DNA from: Marsupella aquatica
Lineage: Eukaryota; Plantae; Marchantiophyta
Assembly (NCBI GenBank): GCA_973895155.1
Contig: OZ316891.1
Coordinates: 11,592,771 to 11,656,770 of the forward strand
Length of the DNA stretch: 64,000 bases
Reading direction: 5' to 3'
Shown piece by piece: positions 24,730-35,805 of the stretch; within the stretch, counting starts at the first letter, position 1; each line of letters starts with the position of its first letter. The notes beneath the pieces were generated by a model. That model saw only the letters and a list, made by a program, of their open reading frames with translations, was not told the DNA's origin and did no database searches. The position numbers were made by a program, and so were the translations under genes.

Positions 24730-25764
24730 TCATAAAACATACTCATCATTGAGTAAATCAGCTTCTCCATCAGCCCTAGCCACATTTGCCGATGAAGTTT
24801 CCGCTGCCTTTCCCTTACAGTCTCGCTTGAAGTGTCCAACTTGGTTGCACTTCCAACATGTCACCTGCCTCCTCTGAGGGGATTTACCCTTGGACTTAGA
24901 TCTGGATTTAGATCTAAACTGGGTTCTACGGTCCCCAGTTGGTCGCTGCATACTCCTCCCACGGTTAACATTGAGGGCAGCACCAGATGATGAAGGCTGT
25001 GACGTGATGTGCATCTTCTGCTGAAGATCATCACTAAGCAGAGAACTTACCACGTCATTGTATGAAATGGTATCCCTATCACGATGCAACAACACTCGTG
25101 ATAGGGACTGGTAAGATGGAGGCAATGAACTAAGAAGCTGCAGAGCCTTCGTCTCATCATTCAAAGTCTCCCCAAGGTTTTCCAAGTCAACGACCATGTC
25201 GTTGAAAGCATCCACATGGTCTTGCAACTTCGTACCAGATTCCTTCATCCTGAAACTCATCAGTTTGTAGGAAGTGTAGAGCCGGTTCGACAACTCCTTG
25301 CGGTGATACTTGCTCTGCAATTCCGCAAATAAGGACATGCAATCCTTATGTGCACCCAACTGCTTGATGATGGGAGGCATGAGATAGAGTGTAACACACC
25401 ACACTCCCTGCTCCTGCATGCGGTCCCATTGTTTCTCATCAACATCGTCTTCACGAGGGCTCAGCAGTTGGCCCATCCCTGACGCATAAAGCACTCCCTT
25501 CACCTGCTTCTCCCATAGCAAGTAGTCAGAGCGCCCATCATACTTTGTCACTTCATACTTGGGTCCCCCAAGCTTGAAAGTCCCCATCTTCTTCTTTACC
25601 GTGAGCTCCGGTAGTAGTACTGCTTCCTCCACCACACGCCGCACCGGTGATGGTATCGGTGTCACGTGCTCTTCCTCCTGCTCCTCTCTCTGCCCCTGAA
25701 ACCTCCGCGGTGACCCTCGTGCTTCAAGTTCCACGTCTTCGAAAAACTCCTCCGAATCACTCAT
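24730..25764 (-). CDS. Gag of the young Copia (344 aa)
   Basis: KYDGRSDYLLWEKQVK, UBN2-type LLSSLPPSY, CCHC knuckle CWKCNQVGHFKRDC; ends NDEYVL-TGA. Confidence 0.93.
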   Translation of the reverse strand: MSDSEEFFEDVELEARGSPRRFQGQREEQEEEHVTPIPSPVRRVVEEAVLLPELTVKKKMGTFKLGGPKYEVTKYDGRSDYLLWEKQVKGVLYASGMGQLLSPREDDVDEKQWDRMQEQGVWCVTLYLMPPIIKQLGAHKDCMSLFAELQSKYHRKELSNRLYTSYKLMSFRMKESGTKLQDHVDAFNDMVVDLENLGETLNDETKALQLLSSLPPSYQSLSRVLLHRDRDTISYNDVVSSLLSDDLQQKMHITSQPSSSGAALNVNRGRSMQRPTGDRRTQFRSKSRSKSKGKSPQRRQVTCWKCNQVGHFKRDCKGKAAETSSANVARADGEADLLNDEYVL

Positions 25765-28146
25765 ATGAGAAAGTCACAAAAAATGTTGTTTTTCACAACT
25801 TCTCAAAAAACTCGAAACTCAACACCGCCGCGTAGCCCACAAAGCTAGGAGTCCAATACTGAAAACCGAAATCAAAATCGAAATTTGACGGAAAAGTTAT
25901 TCAAATTTCGGTCGAGGTGGGTAAAACCTTGGGAAACTCCCCCGTTTTGACCACCTCAGGGAATAACCGAAATACCAAGTACAACCCGTTGTCGGAATTG
26001 CGATGTGATTGGTGCGCTGCATTGCCAACTTCAATGGCTACGACCTCGCCGAAAAATAACCAAAAAAGTTATCGTTCGGCGGATGAAATCTTTGTCGGAC
26101 GGTCAAAAAATAGCTCTCTGGTTTTTTGGAATATTCTATGACCCTTGTACAGGCCCTGTGGGAATTTTGGAAGAACAATCGAGGGGCTGACATGTGTCCT
26201 CGAACCCCCAAAACCCCCTACCACCCTTCGTCGTCGAAATCTGGTCGCGTGCGCAGAAAATACACATGGCAGAATGTACCCCTCGACACCAAACGCAAGA
26301 TATCTCACTCGGGTTTTGACTAAATCAAGATCCGATTTCAGATTTGGAAACTAGACTCCGAGGCGATGAAGATCGATATAAGAAGCACCCAAAACAAGGA
26401 AAGAACGAGGGAGAAAAAAATTGGTAAAGATGACAGATTTCTCTCAATTGCCATAGCCAATTTCGAATCAGTTTTTCAAAGAGAAAAAAATGGTACCTTG
26501 TCAACAACGAATGTTGATCAATTGCACTTGGTGCCGTCACCAAGTCCAACAAGGTAATTGATTTTGCTTAGCCTTCCTCTTTGCATCAAAGAGCCAATCC
26601 CGGACTCAAAAACAATCGTCTTGCCTCAATCTCTCCGTTGAGTCAAAACACTTGACGCTTCTCCCTCCGAGTCGATTGCCAACTTTCTTCACAAAATCCA
26701 GAACGACGAAAACTTAGATCTCTCTGCACCACGAGCTCCGTTCAACGATTTCTTCACACCGTTAGAAAGCTCTTGCCCTGATCTATCCGTTGAGCCCATA
26801 AACTCCAAGTTCCATGCGATGGAACTCTGGAAAATCCACCAACACTCAACGCTGGAAAAACCGTCATGAAATCCCGTCACGAACACACGTCACCTCCCAA
26901 GCATGCTCTGATACCAATTGTTGAGCATAGACGACGATCGCAACGGCAAGCCCATGAACCATCCAACGCACAATAGTCGACACAAGAGATACGTGGTTCA
27001 CCTCCTTGAGGCTACGTCCACGGGAACACACAAGAGAGCTTTACTGAACTCTAAGCCCGTCGGCTATACCGAGTCTCCACAGTGTAAGCTCTCCCTATCT
27101 CTCAAGTGGCTCCATAACAATGAGCCTTGGTTCTACCTCTCCAAGCACACATGCCTCTTATGATATAGTGTGCAACTTAGTTGTACCTAACCACATAGTT
27201 GTACCTAACCACATAGTTGTACCTAATCACGTAGTTGTACCTAACCACATAGTTGTACCTAATCACGTAGTTGTACCTAACCACATAGTTGTACCTAATC
27301 ACGTAGTTGTACCTAACCACGTAGTTGTACCAACCCACGTTGTTGTACCAACCACGTCATACCTAACCTAGACGTAAGAGTAAATACCCAACAAACAACA
27401 TCCATTTGATCCATCACCAGACCAAAAAAACACAACAAGCTGACACAAGATCCAAATTGTGGAATACTTAGCCATCGGTGAAAAGACCCCATTATAATCC
27501 ACTCCTTTCTTCTGAGTGAATTCCTTGGCAACAAGCCTTGCCTTGTAGATCTTCTCTCCACCCTTTGAAAGACTATCCTTCAACTTGTAAATCCACTTGC
27601 TGACCTCTTGGAAGCTCCACCAGCTCCCATGTCTTGTTGTCACTCAAAGATTGCAACTCCCTCTACATTGTTGCATTCCACTCATGCTTATGCTCTGAAG
27701 CACAAGCCTCACTATACGAAGAAGACTCTCCTTCTTCTAAGATCAGAGCCATGTCATCATCATCAGGTGCAATGTCAATATCATCTAGCTTAGATGAGTC
27801 TGCCCATTGACCATACCTAGTAGGAGCTCTAGTAGAATGATTGGAAGTTCTTCTAGCAGATGACTCAAGCTGATCTGTTGCTACTGTTGGCTGAATTTGA
27901 GATACCCCAACAACAATCTGCTCCTCTTGTTCCATCACAGGAACCAGCTCCAAGCCCGAAGCTTCTTCATCTCTCTTGTCATGAATAGCATCATGACTAA
28001 TCTCCCCCTCAACCCGGTCCGGATGAGAGATTTCTCCTTGTCAATATGGGAGTCTTGAGAACTCTCCCCCTCCTTTGATGATTTGGATTTATTAAAGAAC
28101 ACATCTCTACTAACAATTAGTTTACAGGTTACTGGATCCCATAACC

Positions 28147-28446
28147 AGACTCAACCGAACACTATTGGACCGCTCGAGGAGTATGTTGAGTCAATCATGC
28201 TTACCACATGAGTTTTGGGCTGAAGCTGTCAACACTGCAGCTTATTTGGTAAATTTTTCTCCATCTCTAGTTCTATTGGAATCAAGACGCCATTTGAAAT
28301 GAGGTACGGGCGTCCAGCAGATTACTCACATCTGAGGATTTTTAGATGTGATGCTTATGTACTTACACCTTCCTAGCTTTGATCCAAGCTGGAGTCCAAG
28401 TTGAAGAAGTGCATTTTCCTTGGCTATCAGAAAGGTGTGAAGGGTT
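28147..28446 (+). other. ~300-bp inversion inside the outer Copia integrase
   Basis: RLNRTLLDRSRSMLSQ...FWAEAVNTAAYLVN...FLGYQKGVKG reads on +, while the flanks QNGVSE and LWDP read on -. Confidence 0.9.
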
Positions 28447-31400
28447 CAGAAACACCATTCTGCTGAGGAGTATAACTTGTTGTGAGATGGCGAGTAATCC
28501 CCTCCTCCTTACAATACGTTCCAAATTCCCCAGAACTATATTCACCGCCGTTATCCGATCAAAGATATCTCACCTTATTACCAGTCTGATTCTCTACTTG
28601 GGCTTTCCACTCCTTAAAAGCGGCAAAAACATCAGATTTATTGTGTAAAAAATATATCCACACATACCTTGAGTAATCATCTATGAATATGACATAGTAT
28701 AACCGTCCAGAATGTGAGGGAGTAGGGGCTGGACCCCACACATCACTATGTACATACTCAAGTACCTTATTGTTGGTGTGAATTCCAACTCCAAAGGGTT
28801 TCATGTGCTGCTTCCCAAACACACAATGTTCACAGAATTCCAACTTACAAGATTGCAAATTAGAAAGTAATCCTTTTTTCTGAAGAATAGCCAAACCTTT
28901 TTCACTCATGTGGCCCAAACGGAAGTGCCACAGCCGGACCGTCTCCTCATGAGATAAGGTTACATTGGCTTCATCACAAACTACACTACCCTCCAAAACG
29001 TATAGATTGTTATATCTCTTTCCCTTCAATACAATTTTAGTACCAGTTGAAACCTGAAGGACACCATTAGCAGAACTCCATTGATGGTCATTTGCCTCTA
29101 AAATTCCAAGTGAAATGAGATTTTTCATCATGCTGGGAATATGTCTCACATCCCTCAACGTTCTCACAACACCATCAAACATCTTAAATCTAACAGATCC
29201 AAGTCCAACTACTTGACATGGGATTCCATTTCCCATCAACACTGACCCATTGGAAACCGTGTAAGAACTGAAAAAATCTCTCCTAGAGCAAATATGAAAG
29301 GTACATGCACTATCTAGAATCCAGTCATCACTACCTGGATTTGACACTACGTTGAGAGCAAAACCTTGGCATCACAATACATAGTCATCATCATCGAGTA
29401 AATCTACCTCATGCAAGCTCGATGCCGTGTTAGCTGATGTAGTAGGGGCTTTTACTCAACAATCCCTTTTCATGTGGCCAGGCTTGCCACAATTCCAACA
29501 TGCAAGAGGCTTCCTCTCTTGCGATTTCCCTCTGGATTTAGATCTCCCCTGTGATGTAGATATAAACCTGTTCTGCCTATTTGAGCGCTACGTTGCTCTC
29601 CCACGGTTCACGTTCAGCGTAGTGCCAAAAGAAGATGTTGTCTGTGATAGACCCAGCTTCTTCTAAGTATCATCAGACAGTAAAGAGCTCACCACCTCAT
29701 TATACAAAATGGACTTAAGATCTCTGTACAAGAGCACCTGTTTCAAGCCTTGATATGACGACGGTAAGGAGCTTAGCAAAAGCAAGGCCTTATTCTCATC
29801 TTTAACTCCTTTTCCCAGGTTTGACAGATCCACCGCTAGACTGTCAAACTCATCCAGGTGATCCTGCATCTTGCTCCCTTCCTTGAGCCTGAGGCTCATC
29901 AAGAGAGACTTCTTGTACAGCCGGTCTAACGCATCTTCCTGGTAGTACTTCTCTCTAAGGGCCTTAAACTGTGACGCGCAATCCGCATAATTATCCAACT
30001 TCTTGATGATGTGCGACTTGAGATAAAGCATCACTGCATTGACAACAATCACCTGCTCCTGTCTCCACTGTTTCTCTGAGATCTCCTCTTCTCCATCATA
30101 CTGCTCTCGCGAAGAGAGCAAATGAGCTAAGCCCATGGCCCGTAGAACACCCTTCACTTGCTTCTCCCACATCAAGTAATCAGTACGACCATTGTACTTC
30201 TCCACCTCAAACTTCACTCCTCCAAATCTGGCCATCTCCCTCTTCTTCCCCACTACTGACAGCTCTGATAGTAGTATAGTTTCCTCCATTGCACGCCGCA
30301 CCAATGATCGTACCGGTGTCACTAGTTCTTCCTCAAATGATAGCAGCTCCTCCTTAGACTCTCCATCTGACCGTCGCGATCCTGAAGCTCCACCGACGCC
30401 AATTCTTCCGGTATCCTTCGAGTCACTCATATGAAACAATCACAAAAAAACATCTTTTTTTGAAACTTCTCATAAAACTCAAACTCAACACCGCCACGTA
30501 GCCCATGAAGCTAGGAGTCCAATACTGAAAGCCAAAATCAAAATCAAAATTTGACGGAAAAGTTATTCAAATTTTGGTCGGGATGGGTAAAACCTTGGGA
30601 AACTCCCCCGTTTTGACCACCTCGGAGAATAACCAAAATACCTAGTACAACTTGTCGTCAGAATCGCGATGTGATTGGTGCGCCGCGTTGCTAACTCCAG
30701 TGGCAATGTCCTCGCCAAAAAGAACCAAAAAAATTACCGTTCGGCGGACATAATCTTTGTCGGACAACCAAAAAACAGCTCTCTATTTTTTGGAAATATT
30801 CCCACACAGTCCGACAGGTCTCACAGGGGGCCGTTCCCCCTATCGAAGCGCTTAAAACAGAGGGCGACAGGTCCTAGTACCAAGTTAAACAAGAGGGAAG
30901 AAAAAAATGCTATTAAAAGCGCCCTAAAGGGGGTGCTAAAGCCCCTCAACTAAATATACGCCTTAAAAATGCACATCCGCGTCGCGCATACATGAGGCGG
31001 GCTAGGCAGGGTATAGAAAGGGCGTATGGCCGAGGGCGTACCCAAGCGGATGCGTATGCAGCCGCGTACGTACTGTGGTCGCGAGCCAGGAGGGAGGAAA
31101 TTGCGAGGAGCCGGCCGGAGGGAGCCCCCGGCTTGCAACGGCAGCACGAGGGGTGCGAGGGGTGGCGAGGCGCTCGAAAGGCGCTGGGCCGGCAGCCGGG
31201 CCCGGGGAGGGCACAAAGGGGCGACGGGGAGGCGCCCGAGTTTTGAATGAGGGAGCGGGGCAGGGCTGGCTCGCGGAATAAGGGGCAGCAGCAGCCGGCC
31301 GGCGTTGCGTAGGGTGCCGCGCGCCTGCTAATACGGGGTGCGGGGGGGTGCGAATACACAGGGTCACGGGGGCCGGGAGGGAGTATGAGGTGTGTATACA

Positions 31401-32137
31401 CACACCAAACACCCCCTTACAACGAAAAATGACCCTTATGAAAAAACTTGAGTTCTCACCTCAAAAAACCCCTATTTACACTAAGGAAAAGATGAGTGTC
31501 GACGGTCCAAAGTTGTTGAATTTCACCGGCACAGTCTGCCGCTTCAGCTGAGTAAACAATTTCTGCCGCGTCGCCTTCACTCCGTGTCAAGTGCCAATTC
31601 TGGGCTCAAAACGACCGCCTCATCGTGATCAATCCGTTGAGCCGTAGCACTTCGCGTTTCTTCCACCGAGTCGGACGTCACGAAGAGAAACCCGGTTCAG
31701 ATGGGAACAAGCTCCATAGCTTGTGAAAAAACCTGAACGCCTCCGTCACTCGTCACATTGCACTCGGTAACAACTCGACAGCAACTCAGCTACCAAAACG
31801 ACCAGCTCGCTTCAACCTTCAACTTGAGCTATAATGTGCGACCCCTCCCACACCGCACAGCTCACACCGTTGAAAAATGCAAACTCTGGTCTCTCCCCCG
31901 AAAAGCCTGCGAACACGAATAAAACCTAAACGACGCAAATTTCAATTCCTCCGCACTACGGATACTGATCAGCGAGTTCTAACCACCGTTAGAACGCCCT
32001 CTCACTAACCTATCTGCACAGCCACACACATTCGAGTTTCATGCGACGAAACTCCGAATGTGCCACCGACAATGAACGCTGGAAAAAACCCATCACGAAA
32101 AAACCTCGTCATCTCCCATGCATGCTCTGATACCACT

Positions 32138-32481
32138 TGTTGAGCATAGACGACATTCGTAACAACAAGCCCATGAACCATCCAACGCACAAGAGTCGAC
32201 ACAGAGAGATACGTGGTTCACCTCCACATGAGGCTACGTCCACAGGAACACACAAGAGCTTTACTGCACTCTAGGCCGATCGGCCATACCAAGCATCCAC
32301 AGCACAAGCTCTCCCTATCTCTCAACTAGCTCCGTAACCATGAGCCTAAGTTCCACCAGGGTCTGGCATCAGCCCTGGCTTAATACACAATAGCACTACC
32401 GCTAACATTAGCTAAGTCATAACCCAAGTTAGCCTAATTGTGGTTAGCTCATGAGTCACAAGACTAGAGCAATATCTAACA
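32138..32481 (-). repeat. 5' LTR of outer Copia
   Basis: Adjacent to PBS TGGTATCAGAGCA; direct repeat of 9433-9776. Confidence 0.95.
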
Positions 32482-33859
32482 TCTCCATGATGAACCTTTG
32501 GGACACCTTGCCTTATAATCTTGCACATAAATATCCAGAAGTGCATAAAATTAAGTCCCTAGACTTTTTTTTGCCTTGAAAAAGCCAATTGAATTCCATT
32601 CAAATAGCCAACATACAAGGGGGAAGGCCCCAAACAAGGGGAACAACCGAAAAGACCAGAGGTCAGGGTGCAAAGACCAGTGAAGCCAACACTAAGGAAG
32701 AAGCTAAGCCCCTAATTAAAGGAGAAACTAAACAAGAGATTTTAATAGGAACTAGAGTAGGAGCAGCACACTCCTAAGGACCGGCCATTGAAAAGGTGCT
32801 TATTCTATAATGCATACAGTGGATAAAGCTGAAGCCTGCACTTACATAGACGTTGATAGTAGACTATTATACTGTTAACTAGCCCTTGTCTAGCTATTCT
32901 CACCATGGATAACCCACAAATGAGGTTTTCAATTGGGAGGTGCACTTTAAATAAGTTTTTTCTTAATAAAATAGAAACTGAGATGGAGATACTTGGGCAG
33001 GTTTAATTAACATCTCCCAAAGTCATCAGCAGATGTCAAGTTTAGTCCAATTCAATCTGCTCTTTCCATGTTTTGTTTAAACATGGGTTTTGTTCCAAAT
33101 AGTCTTGGGCTGGTTTCCCATGTTCCAAGTCATCAGTTGATCTCAAGTTTAATCCTAGACCTGACTTTTCAATTTGCTCTTTCCATGTAAAGTGGGTTTT
33201 GTTCCAAACTGTCTCAGGTGGGTTTAATGTTCTTTGGTAGGCCTCAGGCTCAATTTGAGATAAAACACTCAGTTCAATCCACTCTTTGCATGTAGCAATG
33301 GTTCAATTTGTTCTGGGTTTAAATAGGGCGTCCCAAAGCTCCAAATGTGATGGACATTAACTCTATAGTTCTAGGTTATGGACACAAAAAGTTAAAGACT
33401 ACCAAATTATTAGTCCATTATAACTTTTTGCTATAAAGATTGGTCTTATCCCATGAGCATTAGTCACTGTAAAGGCTATTGGAGAAAAACTAACAAAACT
33501 TTTACATAACTTTGTGAATCACAGACAACAAATATAATGGGTTTTCTCAATAGCAAAAAAAGTTGAGGAAAACTATAAGTTTTCCTTATCAATTATAATA
33601 TTACTCCCAAACACAGGGCACTTGAATAGTGGGCCATGGGGGGCTCTATTCGAATAGTGTGCCCCGGGCATTTGAGTTTTGACTAGTGTTTTAATTTATT
33701 GTACTTGAAGGGCATTGTGTTCAAAAATGAGCATTATGTTTGAATCTTGGCTTTGTGTTTCAGTGTTACATTGTCATATGATTCACAAATTTCTTACCAT
33801 TTGTGCTCAATGTAGAGTAGTTTAGGGAGTTTAGGGTCAGCAATCAATCACAACGTCCA

Positions 33860-34465
33860 ACTCAAACATAATCATGCCCATATTTGAACATAACACGCCA
33901 ATATTTGAACACAAACACCAGGGTGTAATTTGAGCACAACACCAATATTTGAACATAACTCCGGGTGTTGTGGGCATTGTGTTAAAAGATGTTTGGGTTC
34001 AAATGTGTTTTTGTTCATAGGACCTCCAAAATTGCATTTTCAAACAAATCTCCAGGGCACTCTGTTTGGGGGAAGATGGGCAGGCATCCAGATTAGACAC
34101 AAAAAAATTGCCTATATTTGAACACAATTCCAGGGTGTTAATTGAACACAACACCAATATTTGAACAAACACAACGCCAGGGTGGTGTTGTGTTAAGATG
34201 TTGTTGGGTCAAATGTGTTATTTTCACCCCCAAAATTTGTGAAAAAAAGAGTTGGGTCAAAAGTGTTTCCACGCCACCCCCCCCCCCCCCCCCCACCCCA
34301 CCAAAAAAAATAAAATTAAAAATTGCATTTTTGAACAAAACTCCAGGGCGCTCTGTTATTAGGCATCCAGACTACTGTAGACACAAAAAATTCGAAGATG
34401 GGTAGGCATCCAGAATAGACACAAAAATTCGACGATGGGTAGGCATCCAGATTAGACACAAAAAT
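33860..34465. repeat. Degenerate short repeats (ATATTTGAACAC/TAA; GATGGGYAGGCATCCAGA.TAGACACAAAA x4) with a C18 run
   Basis: Seen directly upstream of the RNase T2 gene. Confidence 0.65.
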
Positions 34466-35805
34466 ATTCAATCAAGACGGCATCGAGATGTCCCGTCCCA
34501 CAATCGTGCAATCACTGTATGTCGTAACTCATCGATCACATCCACAATTACAGCGCTGTGCTGTAGCATTCAATTCAATCCAAGCTAGTCCAGTCCAATC
34601 CAACGACATGACATCTGACTATCTGAGAGTCCCATCCATCAGAACCTCGTGAGTGCCCAGAATCGAAGGGTGGAACAGTTGTACTGTGCTGTGCTGTGCT
34701 CCGTGCTCAGCAAAGATGGTTCGTTCTCTCAGACCTTCCTGTAACCTTTACAGGAAAAATTGCACTTGACACTGGCCCACGGAAAAGCTTGATCACCAGA
34801 CGATCCTGCCCATGCAAAGACCATCATTACGTTTGTGGCATATACATTGCAGATTCCACTGGATTCGTGGCATATACATTCAGGATTCCCCCGGCACCCG
34901 AACGTGTGCGGTGCCGTTGCGCTGTGCTGCGTATGCATTGAGCTCGATTTGTCTCAGGTACGAGTAATAATGGGTGACGCGTTCTTGTTCTTGCTTTTAT
35001 TAACGTCGGAAGAGGTTTCTTCCAATATTAAGGCAATATAAAACAGCATGATGCGCTCCGCTCCTGCTTGCTTCCTGTTTGCGATGATGATCTAAGTGCG
35101 TTTCAATCCTTGTTGGTGTTTTGATGACTCGTCACTATTTTGTGGTTGATGTTGCCCCTCGCTCATTCGCTCATATATTATACTCTATTGACTTAGTTGT
35201 AAACTAATAAGAAACCTTCTGTCGTGGCGAAGGGGCATTCTCCTATGATTCGTATTTATAAAGATGCAGCACTTGCTGAGAGACTGAGATAAGGAATTGT
35301 TTGGGCCAATCTAAGTACGAATCGCCGATGCGGAACACTTTTGGTAGGAGTTGGCCTAATTTCAGTTGTTGCTGAATGCTCAGAGAGGAAGCACTGCATG
35401 AGAAAGGAAGCTGTCGAATTGCTCGGCCCTGACAGCGAATTCGACCAGAATTGCGAACAGTTTGCGCAGTGCCGGAAAACAGATATAGTCGGATCGTGAG
35501 AATCGTCGAGCGAAGCAAGGTAAGCTTCAAAACGGCAGACTCGAAGTTATCTTTGAGCAAAAGAACCCCGAAGAGTCTGTTTTCTCTTTCCCTGCTTTCC
35601 TTTCATCGGTGGACGAATGAATCTAGTGTTGCGCGCAGGAATCGAAGCCAAATGAGCCCTGTTCGCAAATTTGGAAGAGCCCTGGAAGTGGATTAATCAT
35701 TATGCTTCTTGGCGAGATGCGTGTAGGATGCGCGCAACTGCTTCTGTTAGCTTACCAGGCATTTGATTGTATGTAGGCAACGGGCGGTTCGGAAGAGGGA
35801 CAGCT

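Larger units (their letters stand above)
20800..27393 (-). mobile_element. Young Ty1/Copia element (6594 bp) with apparently identical 475-bp LTRs
   Basis: LTRs 20800-21274 and 26919-27393; TSD AACAA at 20795-20799 and 27394-27398; PBS (tRNA-iMet) 26904-26916; PPT 21275-21286; removing it rejoins the host RT DQMDVVTAFLYGNLEE. Confidence 0.97.
9433..32481 (-). mobile_element. Old Ty1/Copia LTR retrotransposon (outer host of the nest), about 6.9 kb after removing insertions; decayed gag-pol
   Basis: 344-bp LTRs at 9433-9776 and 32138-32481 (TG..CA, ~16 differences by eye); TSD TCTCC at 9428-9432 and 32482-32486; tRNA-iMet PBS at 32123-32135; PPT at 9777-9788; domain order gag (30430-29375), PR/INT (29371-28000), RT (27650-27394, 20799-20775, 18760-18203), RT/RNaseH (10649-10001). 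Confidence 0.95.

Noticed and set aside
24690-24745. Intron (GTATGT...CTAG) removing the gag stop codon
   Set aside because: It would be only ~45 nt, and the donor/acceptor positions are not conserved in the older element; only RNA data could fully exclude it
34277-34294. C18 run and the resulting poly-Pro/poly-Gly ORFs
   Set aside because: Simple homopolymer of unreliable length; the ORFs have no other support
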